DNA from: Saprospiraceae bacterium
Lineage (GTDB): Bacteria; Bacteroidota; Bacteroidia; Chitinophagales; Saprospiraceae
Direction of reading: 5' to 3'
Length of the DNA: 64,000 nucleotides
Assembly (NCBI GenBank): GCA_037968695.1
Contig: JBBKWA010000157.1
Location: 3,590 to 67,589 of the forward strand
Below the pieces are notes generated by a model. That model ran no database searches and was not told the origin of the DNA. It saw only the letters and a program-made list of their open reading frames with translations. Made by a program: the position numbers and the translations under genes. Within the stretch, counting starts at the first letter, position 1. Every line of letters starts with the position of its first letter. Of the stretch, positions 37,577 through 47,006 are shown piece after piece.

Positions 37577-38518
37577 ATGCTTAATTTCGAGCCAATGAAC
37601 TATTTTGATCAGTTTGAACTTCGGAAATTTGATAATCTGGAATTACTTGCCAGGCAAGTGGTGGAAGGATTTATTATTGGGCTTCATAAAAGTCCTTTTC
37701 ATGGCTTTTCCGTTGAATTTGCTGAACATCGTCTATATAATCCAGGAGAATCCATAAGAAATATCGATTGGAAGATTTATGCTCGCACGGACAGGTTGTA
37801 TTCAAAGAAATTTGAGGAAGAAACCAATTTGCGGTGCCAGATTGTCATTGATGCTTCATCTTCAATGCAATACCCTTTTCTAGCACCAGATCAGGAGGGG
37901 TGGAACAAAATGCGTTTTAGCACCCTTGCTGCGGCTTCGCTCATGAACCTATTGCGAAAACAAAGGGATTCATTTGGGCTCAGCATATTTGATAGTGAAC
38001 TCAACGTTCATACCCCATGCAAGAGTAGTCAGAAGCATTATAGATTGATGCTAAGCCACCTCGATAAGCTTATTCAAGCACCCGAATTAAAAAAGACAAC
38101 CAATGCCGCGCAGGCGCTGCACCAAATAGCTGACAGCATTCACAAACGATCCATGGTGATCATTTTTAGTGATATGCTTGAGAGTGGTAATGAAGAGGAT
38201 ATATTCAGTGCTTTGCAACATCTCAAACACAACAAACACGAAGTTGTCCTTTTTCATGTGTTGGACCATAAAACCGAATTCGACTTTGCTTTTGAAAACC
38301 GCCCATATATGTTTATCGACATGGAAACGGATGAACGCGTTAAGCTAAGACCACAAGAGGTACGGAAAGCATACAAAACACATATGACTTCTTTCCATGA
38401 GCGCTTAAAACTAAAATGTCTTCAATATCATATTGATTTTGTTGCCGCAGATCAAGCAAAAGGATTTGGAAATATATTGCAATCATTCCTTGTTCGAAGA
38501 AATAAGATGGGCACATGA
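37577..38518 (+). CDS. DUF58 domain protein (vWA-like, usually MoxR-associated)
   Basis: LARQVVEGFIIGLHKSPFHGFSVEFAEHRLYNPGESIRNIDWKIYARTDRLYSKKFEEETNL is the hallmark DUF58 block. Confidence 0.75.
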   Translation: MLNFEPMNYFDQFELRKFDNLELLARQVVEGFIIGLHKSPFHGFSVEFAEHRLYNPGESIRNIDWKIYARTDRLYSKKFEEETNLRCQIVIDASSSMQYPFLAPDQEGWNKMRFSTLAAASLMNLLRKQRDSFGLSIFDSELNVHTPCKSSQKHYRLMLSHLDKLIQAPELKKTTNAAQALHQIADSIHKRSMVIIFSDMLESGNEEDIFSALQHLKHNKHEVVLFHVLDHKTEFDFAFENRPYMFIDMETDERVKLRPQEVRKAYKTHMTSFHERLKLKCLQYHIDFVAADQAKGFGNILQSFLVRRNKMGT

Positions 38519-39267
38519 TAAAATTAAAAGACATTAATACCCGGGCGCCAAAAGGCCTTCAAAAAGCAGAAATCAAAAAAGAGACTGATGCTATTGCCAG
38601 GCGTATAGCTGATCTTCAACACATCATGTATGCTGAGAAAAAGCATAATCTTCTGGTCGTATTTCAAGGCATGGATGCCAGTGGAAAAGATGGGGCTACG
38701 CGTAAAGTCTTTTTGTATTGCAATCCAACCGGAATTAACGCTTCCCCATTTAAAAAACCGACGGACGAAGAATTTTCCCATGACTTCTTATGGCGCGTCC
38801 ATAAGCTGGCCCCAGCTCAGGGCATGATCCAGGTTTTTATCCGGTCCCATTATGAAGATATACTCATCCAACGCGTACACAAATGGATTGATGAAGACAA
38901 AGTGAGTTCAAGGATCAGAGCGATCAATGAATGGGAAAGGCTCCTGACAACAGATAATAACACGACCATTCTAAAATTCTATATGCACCTTTCCCCGGAA
39001 AGACAAAAAGTGAAGTTACAGGAGCGGATCGATGAACCCAGAAAAAACTGGAAACACAAAGATGCCGACTGGAAGGAAGCTGAACGATGGGACGAATACA
39101 TGTACTGTTACGAAGATGCTATAAACCGGAGTACGATACCATGGATTATTGCTCCGGTTGATCAACGTTGGTATCGTGATTATTTTATCGCCGGGCATGT
39201 CCTAAAAACAATGGAATCATTCCAAATGCAGCTCCCCACCCTCGACAGTCAGGGCTTAAAAGGCTGA
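38515..39267 (+). CDS. polyphosphate kinase 2 (PPK2) family phosphotransferase
   Basis: VFQGMDASGKDG Walker-A-like motif and a PPK2-type lid region. The start overlaps the DUF58 stop by 4 nt (ATGA). Confidence 0.8.
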   Translation: MIKLKDINTRAPKGLQKAEIKKETDAIARRIADLQHIMYAEKKHNLLVVFQGMDASGKDGATRKVFLYCNPTGINASPFKKPTDEEFSHDFLWRVHKLAPAQGMIQVFIRSHYEDILIQRVHKWIDEDKVSSRIRAINEWERLLTTDNNTTILKFYMHLSPERQKVKLQERIDEPRKNWKHKDADWKEAERWDEYMYCYEDAINRSTIPWIIAPVDQRWYRDYFIAGHVLKTMESFQMQLPTLDSQGLKG

Positions 39268-39394
39268 TTTTCGATTAACCTGCCCGAATATTAGGCTAAC
39301 GAGGTAATCAAAATAGAATTTGAGTGGTTGATTATGCAGACCTTTACATCCTAGGTTCGAATTACATTTTAATTTTCAAGCAAGTAGTAATTAT

Positions 39395-41167
39395 ATGAAA
39401 GACTTTCTCAAGTTTACACTGGCGAGTTGCCTCGGTGTTTTTGTTGCCGGTACAGTATTCTTTTTGGCGATTATTGGTATCTCTGCAGCAATCGTTGCGA
39501 GTGCCGGCGGCGGCGGAGGAAAAACAACCCTCAAATCCGGTAGCGTGCTAACGCTTGATTTTACAAACTACATTCCAGAAAAAACGAACAATACGTCAAC
39601 ACAGTCCTTTAGCCTAAAGGAAAATGATATTCCCGGACTACATGAAGTCGCTAAGCTAATCCGTCACGCGGCAAAAGATGAAAAAATCAGTGGCATCCTG
39701 ATTGAAAATGGTGTCGGTGGATTGGGCGCGAGTTCTGCCAGTGTCATACTCGAGGCACTGACAGAATACAAGAAATCCGATAAATTTTTGGCCACTTATG
39801 GCGACTACTTTACGCAACAAGGATACTATCTCGCCAGCGCTTCTGACCATATCACATTACACCCTGTAGGAACGATTGATTTTAGAGGGTTTGCCAGTTT
39901 TGTGCCTTTTTTCAAAGGTTTTCTAGACAAGGTGGGGATCGACATGCAAATCTATTATGCCGGTGACTTTAAGAGTGCAACTGAACCATTTCGTCGAACC
40001 GAAATGAGTCCCGAAAGCAAGTTGCAAACACGAGAATTTATTGGTGATATCTATGACATATATTTGAATGACATAGCCAAAGCCAGAGGTATTAATGCCG
40101 ACTCTTTAAAACAAATGGCGTGGGCATTTAAAATCAAAAATGCAGAGGATGCACTGAAGTATAACCTTGTTGATGAAATTGGGGCGAAGGCAGAATGCGA
40201 GTTGTGGATGAAGACGGAAATGGGTAAAAAAGACAAAGACAAAATCACCTATATTTCAATTGAAGAATATGCCACTGCCGCTACACTCCCTCCATCAAAC
40301 TACAGTGCCAAGGATAAAATTGCCGTCATCTATGCTGAAGGAGACATCGTCAGTGGACGGGATGATTATGGTGTAATTGATGATGGACGTTATGTTAAAT
40401 TATTAAAAGACATTAGACGTCAGGATGATATCAAGGCTGTGGTCTTGCGCATCAATAGCCCGGGTGGAAGCGTCCTCAGTGCAGAAAATATTTATCGACA
40501 ACTTGTAGGCCTTCAGGCCGATGGGAAAAAGCTTGTTATCTCCATGGGAGACTATGCTGCTTCAGGAGGGTATTATTTATCCGCCATGGCCGACAGTATT
40601 TTTGCTCAACCAAGTACACTTACAGGAAGTATCGGTGTATTTTCTATGATTCCAAACCCATCAAGAGCACTGGATGAAAAGCTTGGCATTCGCTTTGACA
40701 CAGTTCGAACAGGACCTTACAGCGCAGACTTTTCCATAGTCTTTCCTTGGACCGAAAGAGAGAACACTTACCTTCAGCAAAGAGTAGATGCGTACTATGA
40801 ATTGTTTTTGGAGAAGGTCGCTTCTGGAAGAGACATGACCCGCGATGAAGTCCATGAAGTCGCTCAGGGAAGAATATGGTCAGGACGAAAAGCACTCGAA
40901 CTTGGACTTGTTGACCGACTTGGAACACTTGAAGATGCCATAGCCTCAGCCGCCACCCTTGCAGAATTAGAAGAATACAGAATCAAAGAATATCCCGTTT
41001 TTCAAAACCCGTTGCAAAAGATGTTAACTGATCTCATGGATCCTGGCAATACCGCGTCCTCCAGTTTGATTAAAACTGATTTACCACAAATGATACGGTT
41101 TTATGAGGCACTGCAATCAGGTGAACCACAGGCAAGATTACCCTGGGGTTTGGAAACTATCCGATAG
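39395..41167 (+). CDS. sppA: signal peptide peptidase SppA, 67K type
   Basis: 590 aa with an N-terminal TM and two S49 domains. The second carries GDYAASGGYY (catalytic Ser region). Confidence 0.85.
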   Translation: MKDFLKFTLASCLGVFVAGTVFFLAIIGISAAIVASAGGGGGKTTLKSGSVLTLDFTNYIPEKTNNTSTQSFSLKENDIPGLHEVAKLIRHAAKDEKISGILIENGVGGLGASSASVILEALTEYKKSDKFLATYGDYFTQQGYYLASASDHITLHPVGTIDFRGFASFVPFFKGFLDKVGIDMQIYYAGDFKSATEPFRRTEMSPESKLQTREFIGDIYDIYLNDIAKARGINADSLKQMAWAFKIKNAEDALKYNLVDEIGAKAECELWMKTEMGKKDKDKITYISIEEYATAATLPPSNYSAKDKIAVIYAEGDIVSGRDDYGVIDDGRYVKLLKDIRRQDDIKAVVLRINSPGGSVLSAENIYRQLVGLQADGKKLVISMGDYAASGGYYLSAMADSIFAQPSTLTGSIGVFSMIPNPSRALDEKLGIRFDTVRTGPYSADFSIVFPWTERENTYLQQRVDAYYELFLEKVASGRDMTRDEVHEVAQGRIWSGRKALELGLVDRLGTLEDAIASAATLAELEEYRIKEYPVFQNPLQKMLTDLMDPGNTASSSLIKTDLPQMIRFYEALQSGEPQARLPWGLETIR

Positions 41168-41341
41168 GTGAATTGAAATTCTTTTTAGCGTTTTATGCCT
41201 TGCTGGGATTACTATTTGTCGTCTGAGCATCCTGTTTGGCCGTTTCAGTAAAAATCACAAGGCTCGATAGATCATAGGAGCAACAAATATGCGCTTAGGG
41301 TGTTATAACCCTATTCATCTACTAACCATAAGCAAAATACT

Positions 41342-41932
41342 ATGACTAAGACTTTATTATCCTTTCTATTCGTTGCTGGTATAGCGACTATTGCGATTGC
41401 AGGCGAGACACCAAAATCTGAACACAAGGTGAATACCACCGATTCAAAGATTGAATGGACTGCTCGTAAAGTTACTGGTAAGCACATAGGTACCGTTGCG
41501 ATCAAGGAGGGGAAAGTAGAAATCAAAGATGGCATGCTTACAAAAGCTAGTATCACCATTGATATGACGACTATTATTGTAGAAGAACTTTCCAGTCAAG
41601 GCAAAGCCAAACTGGAAGGACATCTTAAATCTGCAGATTTCTTTGAAGTTGAAAAATATCCAACAGCAACGTTAGTAGCCACTAAGATTATTTCTCTTGA
41701 TGAAGGAGACTATACGATCACGGCAAACCTTACGATAAAAGGCATAACACAACCAATCACCTTTAATGCGATGGTCATACCTGATGGAAAGAAATACCGC
41801 GCAAAAGCTAATCTTGTCGTAGACAGAACGAAGTATGATGTACGCTACGGTTCAAGTAAGTTTTTTGATGATCTAGGAGATTCAACGATCTATGATGATT
41901 TTGATCTGGCGATCTCATTAATTATCGAGTAG
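41342..41932 (+). CDS. YceI family periplasmic protein
   Basis: Signal peptide. SKIEWTARKVTGKHIGTV and ANLTIKGITQPITF blocks are typical of YceI-like lipocalin-fold proteins. Confidence 0.7.
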   Translation: MTKTLLSFLFVAGIATIAIAGETPKSEHKVNTTDSKIEWTARKVTGKHIGTVAIKEGKVEIKDGMLTKASITIDMTTIIVEELSSQGKAKLEGHLKSADFFEVEKYPTATLVATKIISLDEGDYTITANLTIKGITQPITFNAMVIPDGKKYRAKANLVVDRTKYDVRYGSSKFFDDLGDSTIYDDFDLAISLIIE

Positions 41933-41984
41933 CCTACACGTTGAAAAGAAACCTCTAAGTGGGTTAGAAATTCAATACACAAAT

Positions 41985-42016
41985 AAAAAGCCCTTCTGAT
42001 TCAGAAGGGCTTTTTA
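41985..42016. terminator. bidirectional rho-independent terminator (yceI-like / dapB convergent pair)
   Basis: aaaaaGCCCTTCTGattCAGAAGGGCttttt: 9-bp perfect stem flanked by A- and T-runs. Confidence 0.8.
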
Positions 42017-42020
42017 TTTT

Positions 42021-42749
42021 TTAGAATTTGATAATATCTTTCATCGTGTATTCTCCCGGGCCTTTCTCCTTTAGCCATAAAGCGGCCATCACTGCCCCTT
42101 CAGCAAATATTTCCCTGTCAAATGATTCATGCACAATAGTGATGCCTTCCATTCCTGAATCCCAATTCACCGCATGATAGCCTTTCACTTCTCCTTCTCT
42201 GATAGCTTCAACGGGAACAGCATTTTGAGGTGGATTTTCTTTATCACCATTCAGATCAAAATTGGTATATCCAGGGTGATTGTGAATTAAGCCTTCAAGC
42301 AAAGTATAGGCTGTTCCACTGGGAGAATCTTTTTTTTGTATGTGATGTATCTCTTTTATAGAGGGCTTAAATTCGGGCAGTTTGGCCATAACGGCGGAAA
42401 GCCTTTTATTCAGTTCGAAAACTATATTCATCCCTACGCTGAAATTTGTGGCGTATAAAAAAGTGCCGTTGTGTAGTATGTTAAATTCACGTACTTCCTC
42501 TAAATGTGATTCATGCCAACCGGTCGTACCGGAAACTACAGGAATACCTAACTCGATACATTGCCGAATGACACCTGGTGCTGCCTGAGGAATTGTAAAT
42601 TCGATAGCCACGTCGCAATCTTGAAGCTGCGATTGGTTACCCGAAGTGATTCGTTGGAAATTGTGGCCCTTGTGGGCTGTTTTGCTTTCGAGGATAGATG
42701 CAATGGCAAAACCCATTTTCCCCATTCCGATAATACCAATGCTTGCCAT
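42021..42749 (-). CDS. dapB: 4-hydroxy-tetrahydrodipicolinate reductase
   Basis: GIIGMGKMG Rossmann start, VVSGTTGW, and EIHHIQKKDSPSGTA (the DapB HH.K.D.PSGTA signature). Confidence 0.87.
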   Translation of the reverse strand: MASIGIIGMGKMGFAIASILESKTAHKGHNFQRITSGNQSQLQDCDVAIEFTIPQAAPGVIRQCIELGIPVVSGTTGWHESHLEEVREFNILHNGTFLYATNFSVGMNIVFELNKRLSAVMAKLPEFKPSIKEIHHIQKKDSPSGTAYTLLEGLIHNHPGYTNFDLNGDKENPPQNAVPVEAIREGEVKGYHAVNWDSGMEGITIVHESFDREIFAEGAVMAALWLKEKGPGEYTMKDIIKF

Positions 42750-42803
42750 ATATAAGATTTAGAACATTGAGGATCAATCTTTTACAGTCAAACTATTCCT
42801 CCA

Positions 42804-42835
42804 CAAAAAAACCCGCCTCCCTGTGGAAAGCGGGT
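42804..42835 (-). terminator. terminator-like hairpin plus U-run in the dapB 5' region (minus strand)
   Basis: The minus strand reads ACCCGCtttccacagggagGCGGGTttttttt, about 55 nt upstream of the dapB ATG. No upstream minus-strand gene is available for it to terminate. Confidence 0.4.
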
Positions 42836-43011
42836 AAGAACACACTATGAGAACACCCTAAAAACGTATCAAGAATTCAAGTTTGTGTCGGAAGCTGTAA
42901 TTATTTGCTATAAAACTACTTCTAAACAAATATAGTATCCTTACATTGGATGGGCAAGCGATTATTCTCATATTTGAAATAAATCGACCAAACATTTAGT
43001 TTTGTCCCCTG

Positions 43012-44970
43012 ATGATAGCCCGAAAAAGTATCGATGAGGTCATGGAAAGTGCCCGAATTGACGAGGTCGTAGCCGATTTTGTCAATTTAAAGCGCCGAGG
43101 GAGCAATATGATAGGATTATGTCCTTTTCATAATGAAAAGACGCCCTCTTTCTCTGTTTCACCCTCTAAAAACATATTTAAGTGCTTTGGATGCGGCCGT
43201 GGAGGCGATGCAATCCGATTTGTCATGGACCACGAAGGTTATGAATACCCGGAGGCTATTCGGTATCTGGCAGAGAAATATGGGATTAAACTTGATGAAA
43301 CCAAGGCAGATGCTGAAACATTGCTGGCTGAGCGGGAACGGGAGACGATCTATAAGGTGCTTGGGTTTGCCTTGAATTTCTTTAAAAATCAACTCCACAA
43401 CACAGAAGAAGGACAAATTGCAGGCCTTAGCTACTTGAAAGAGAGAGGATTTCGCAGTAAAACCATAGAGGATTTCGGATTGGGCTTTGCGCCAAATGAA
43501 TCCGATCTTCTTGTCAAAGAGGCTATTAATGCCGGATTTACAAAGGAAATCCTACAGCGCGCTGGCCTCATGACACAGCATGGAGGAGATTTCTTCCGTA
43601 ACAGGGTTATTTTCCCAATCCTAAATATTTCCGGTAAATCCATCGCTTTCGCCGGACGACAGCTAGTGAGTTCAAGTCGGGGACCGAAATACATGAACTC
43701 CCCTGAGACTGAAATATACCTCAAACGAAAAGTTCTATACGGCATTTTTAATGCTAAAAAAGCCATCAGACATGAGGATAATTGCTTTTTAGTAGAAGGC
43801 TATACGGATGTGATAAGCTTGTTCCAATCAGGTGTTGAAAATGTGGTAGCCTCCTCAGGAACAGCGCTAACGCCGGACCAGATCAGGTTGATAAAAAGAT
43901 ATACAGGCCGCATCACGATGTTATATGACAGCGATCCTGCCGGTGTTAAGGCAGCTATACGTGGATTGGACCTTATCCTGGAAGAAAATATGGATGTCCG
44001 CCTTGCCCTACTCCCTGAAGGAGAGGATCCGGATTCTTTTATTAAAAAAGAAGGCCTTGCAGGGTTTCAGGCTTACATCCAAGAACACAGCAAGGACTTT
44101 ATCCTTTTTAAAACGCAATTGCTCTTAAAAGAAGCTGCAGGTGATCCTATGCGGAAATCTGCACTCGTCAAAGATCTGGTTGAAACGCTTGCCCGAATTC
44201 CCGAAGCTATAAAGCGATCTGCCTTTATCACTGAATGCGCTCATCTCATGAAAGTCGATGAGCATATTCTTGTCCGGGAAACGAATAAGGCAATGGATGA
44301 ATTCCATAGACAAAAGCGTAGAGGAATTCCCAGGGATATCGACCAATCTGAAAAAGAAATACAACAGCAGGTTTTTCAAAAGGATTCAAAAGAAGCCAGT
44401 GCTTCGGTGGTTGGGCTCACTGACCTGGCAGATGAATATCAGGAAAGAGACATTGTCCGCATCCTTCTTAACTATGGTGACAAGGAATTTGACGATCCGG
44501 GTTTTTCTTCTGTTGCAGAATACATCATCAACAGCCTTTCCGATATTCTTGATGATTTCCAAAATGATATTTATAAGAAGATTGTACTGGAGTATAAATT
44601 GCGATTAGATAACAATGAGTCTATTAGCGCCTCACATTTTACGCATCATCCTGAACCTAAAATTCAACATCTGACCATTGAACTTCTTACCACCCCGTAC
44701 GAGTATGCCAGTTGGGAAGAGCATGATATCCCATTGCAAATCCAAATTCATCCTGATCAGAATTACAAACTGGATGCACACAATGCCATACTACGACTTA
44801 AGTTGAAAATTGTCATGGCGCACATCAATGTCAATATGGCCCAAATAGCACAATACCAGGATGAAAATAATGAAGAAGAAATGATCATTCATATGCGCAT
44901 GCATAGTGATCTAATACTCCTCCGTGAGCAAATCACTTCACAATTAAAAAATGTGGTATTGAAAGTGTAG
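43012..44970 (+). CDS. dnaG: DNA primase
   Basis: Zinc-ribbon CPFHNEKTPSFSVSPSKNIFKCFGCGRGGD, TOPRIM EGYTDVISL and DSDPAGVKA. Confidence 0.93.
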   Translation: MIARKSIDEVMESARIDEVVADFVNLKRRGSNMIGLCPFHNEKTPSFSVSPSKNIFKCFGCGRGGDAIRFVMDHEGYEYPEAIRYLAEKYGIKLDETKADAETLLAERERETIYKVLGFALNFFKNQLHNTEEGQIAGLSYLKERGFRSKTIEDFGLGFAPNESDLLVKEAINAGFTKEILQRAGLMTQHGGDFFRNRVIFPILNISGKSIAFAGRQLVSSSRGPKYMNSPETEIYLKRKVLYGIFNAKKAIRHEDNCFLVEGYTDVISLFQSGVENVVASSGTALTPDQIRLIKRYTGRITMLYDSDPAGVKAAIRGLDLILEENMDVRLALLPEGEDPDSFIKKEGLAGFQAYIQEHSKDFILFKTQLLLKEAAGDPMRKSALVKDLVETLARIPEAIKRSAFITECAHLMKVDEHILVRETNKAMDEFHRQKRRGIPRDIDQSEKEIQQQVFQKDSKEASASVVGLTDLADEYQERDIVRILLNYGDKEFDDPGFSSVAEYIINSLSDILDDFQNDIYKKIVLEYKLRLDNNESISASHFTHHPEPKIQHLTIELLTTPYEYASWEEHDIPLQIQIHPDQNYKLDAHNAILRLKLKIVMAHINVNMAQIAQYQDENNEEEMIIHMRMHSDLILLREQITSQLKNVVLKV

Positions 44971-45033
44971 CTTTCGACTAAGCTTATCCAAGGATTCTCA
45001 ATACGGATATGTTATCGCTTCAAAGGACGACGC

Positions 45034-45086
45034 GTTTAGAAAGTTTAGAGCCGTCACCTATGGTGACCTAGTTTAGAGGGTTTAGT
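45034..45086 (-). repeat. composite element copy C1 (inverted relative to the B copies)
   Basis: The minus strand reads aaaaaACTAAACCCTCTAAAC-taggtcaCCATAGGTGACgg-CTCTAAACTTTCTAAAC. The architecture matches 29346-29398, and the spacer contains the hairpin GTCACC-tat-GGTGAC. Confidence 0.8.
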
Positions 45087-45404
45087 TTTTTGTTCCTGCT
45101 AAACTTCGAACCCCTACCAGCAGTTAAGCGGAATTAGCTCCTGCAACTTGAATCTTTGTTAAAAGGGGACCTCCTTCGCTAAAGCTACGGCAGCGAAAAG
45201 CTGAAAATCATAAAGCAAGGATTTTATAGGATAGAAATATCTTCTCGATATAAAAGATCCAGTCGCTCCAAACTGTTTGAACAATCCAACCAGCTTATTT
45301 TTCCGCTCGCAATCGGAAAAATAAGGGGGAATGAAATCGAATGTGAAATAAGCTAGGGAAGTAATACAAGATAATAAGCGCAGGTGAGTTTTTGGTGCGA
45401 CGAG

Positions 45405-45433
45405 TTCCGCTCGAGCGGAATTGGTTCTTTTTT
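45405..45433 (+). terminator. 16-nt perfect palindrome followed by a T-run (terminator-like, orphan)
   Basis: TTCCGCTCGAGCGGAAttggttctttttt. The nearest upstream plus-strand gene (dnaG) ends 435 nt away. Confidence 0.4.
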
Positions 45434-45702
45434 ACTTGTCCTGTATCTGATAATGATATCGGGCCGGAAAAAAAGAACGCTAGATCAAAAAAAATATCGT
45501 GGCAACAAAATCAATATTATCCTTTTGGTTACTCTTTCTTGTCCTGTAATTCAAAATATTACAGGATGGCAATTAGCTTAAGCTTAAAAAAGTAACGGCA
45601 ATCACAGACAGAAGAGCATCAAATCATCCCCTAATAAAAGAACTAACTAGTATCCAAAATTCATTTTGGCCACTACTAATTCACAGAATAAAATAACCTT
45701 GA

Positions 45703-46281
45703 TTATTTCGCCGGGGAAGAATCAGCATTTAACTCTTTCAGCACTTTATCGGTAATATCATACTTGTCATCAGCGATGAGCAAGGATCCGCCATCGACAT
45801 AACTCAGGATAAAATCATATCCCTCCTTCTTCTTGATATCACTCAATTTTTCCTGCAAAATACCGTGCAACCTTTTGTTAATAGCGGCAGTCTCTTCCAT
45901 GATTTCCTGCGCCATTCTATCTCTTTCGCCAATAACAGATTCCTGACGGGTGGTGAGATATTTTTCTCTCGCCTGCATTTCTTTTGGTGTTAACAATCCC
46001 CCTTGAGCCTGCTTTTGATAATCCATGATCTCCTTTTCCAGTGCTGCACCTTTCTTCTGCAACTCCTCCTCAGCTCTTCGTTGCTTTAACTCCATTGCAT
46101 CGGACTCTTTTCTAAACTCATTGTAATTCATCAGAATAGAATCCCCGTATACAAAAGCAATTTTTAACCCGGTGGTATTCGAAAGGGCCGCTGGCTGTGT
46201 ATCAGATGCTTTATCCGAATCACATGAACTGACAAAAGTCAGAAGACAAAAAAGAGAAAAATAAATAATGTAAGATCGCAT
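45703..46281 (-). CDS. OmpH/Skp family periplasmic chaperone (lipoprotein-type signal)
   Basis: I prefer the ATG at 46281 (MRSYIIYFSLFCLLTFVSSC), followed by an E/K/Q-rich coiled coil typical of Skp/OmpH. The longer track ORF (to 46548) overlaps the PAP2 gene and lacks a signal peptide. Confidence 0.7.
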   Translation of the reverse strand: MRSYIIYFSLFCLLTFVSSCDSDKASDTQPAALSNTTGLKIAFVYGDSILMNYNEFRKESDAMELKQRRAEEELQKKGAALEKEIMDYQKQAQGGLLTPKEMQAREKYLTTRQESVIGERDRMAQEIMEETAAINKRLHGILQEKLSDIKKKEGYDFILSYVDGGSLLIADDKYDITDKVLKELNADSSPAK

Positions 46282-46400
46282 GATAGTAATTTTATGAGCC
46301 GCAAATATACCAACCAATTCGCAGTTAAGAATTTTCCTGTAAATCTTAATTATTGACAACCCAACAAAACAATGGCCAGCGTGTCTAAAACCGCATATAA

Positions 46401-47006
46401 CTATCTGATTTTCAACCTTGTATCGTAAATGTAAAAAACAAGATAGCCTATCAAAAAACCAATAAATGCACCCATGGCAACATCCCGTAGAAAGTGCGCC
46501 ATCAAATAAACTCTTGATATAGAAACGGATATAGCGAGTACAAAACACACTATCGATACCCAGGATTTTCTGTACAAAGCCACTATAAATGTAAAGAGTG
46601 CCCAGGCTGCCATTGAATGGCCAGAGGGAAAACTTGAATGCCCAATCAATAAGGAGTAATCTAACACCTCACGTGGCCCCTCCCACACCATTCGCTCAAG
46701 AAACATACTGGGGCGTTCAAAATAAAAAGTCTTTTTCAATACAAAAGTGATCAAGGTGACGATCAAACCCAAAGCTAATATCATTAAACTTCTGCGCCAG
46801 GAACGAAACAGAAAAATAACACCTATCACTACAAATCCATATTCTTCTCCCAATTTCGTGATATAGTAAAAGAAATAATCCGCCACCGGAGATCGATGAT
46901 CGGCAAGCCAAATTAAAAATTGCCCATGACCAAGGATAATTGAAATCGTAAAAGACAAGATGACAAAAACACCCATCCCGGCAACAAACAGTTTCCATGG
47001 ATTCAT
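46401..47006 (-). CDS. PAP2-family phosphatase (undecaprenyl/lipid phosphate phosphatase-like)
   Basis: Polytopic membrane protein with PAP2 motifs KK.F...RP, PSGHS and SRVYLMAHFLRD. Confidence 0.75.
   Translation of the reverse strand: MNPWKLFVAGMGVFVILSFTISIILGHGQFLIWLADHRSPVADYFFYYITKLGEEYGFVVIGVIFLFRSWRRSLMILALGLIVTLITFVLKKTFYFERPSMFLERMVWEGPREVLDYSLLIGHSSFPSGHSMAAWALFTFIVALYRKSWVSIVCFVLAISVSISRVYLMAHFLRDVAMGAFIGFLIGYLVFYIYDTRLKIR

Larger units (their letters stand above)
44971..45702. repeat. block C: 732-nt gene-free region with repeats shared with blocks A and B
   Basis: Contents: inverted composite element (45034-45086); TTAAGCGGAA half-site (45124-45133); TTCCGCTCGCAATCGGAA (45301-45318); TTCCGCTCGAGCGGAA plus T-run (45405-45433); ~22-nt imperfect direct repeat GGTT.(C/T)T.TT.CTTGTCCTGTA (45423-45445, 45527-45548); and hairpin CCTGTAAT-tcaaaat-ATTACAGG (45543-45565). 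Confidence 0.7.

Noticed and set aside
42750-42935. Lysine (L-box) riboswitch upstream of dapB
   Set aside because: The leader is too short and AT-rich, and it lacks the conserved L-box helices and motifs (for example AGAGGCGC and GGGGAAAG-like blocks). It is kept only as an unclassified terminator-like element.
45384-45595. Two overlapping 65-67-aa plus-strand ORFs in block C
   Set aside because: They run straight through the TTCCGCTCGAGCGGAA palindrome and T-run, overlap each other in different frames, and have no recognisable signal or family.
44971-45702. tRNA, tmRNA, RNase P RNA or SRP RNA in the long dnaG-skp spacer (also checked in blocks A and B)
   Set aside because: I could not find a GGTTCGAATCC-type T-arm, the tmRNA 5' GGGG / 3' tRNA-like end, the RNase P GGAAAGTCCGGGC / AGGGTGAAA blocks, or the SRP GGAAGCAGCC motif on either strand.
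46282-46548. N-terminal 89-aa extension of the skp/ompH ORF (track ORF 45703-46548)
   Set aside because: The extension overlaps the 3' end of the PAP2 gene in another frame, is Cys/Phe-rich with no signal peptide, and the internal ATG at 46281 gives a canonical lipoprotein signal.
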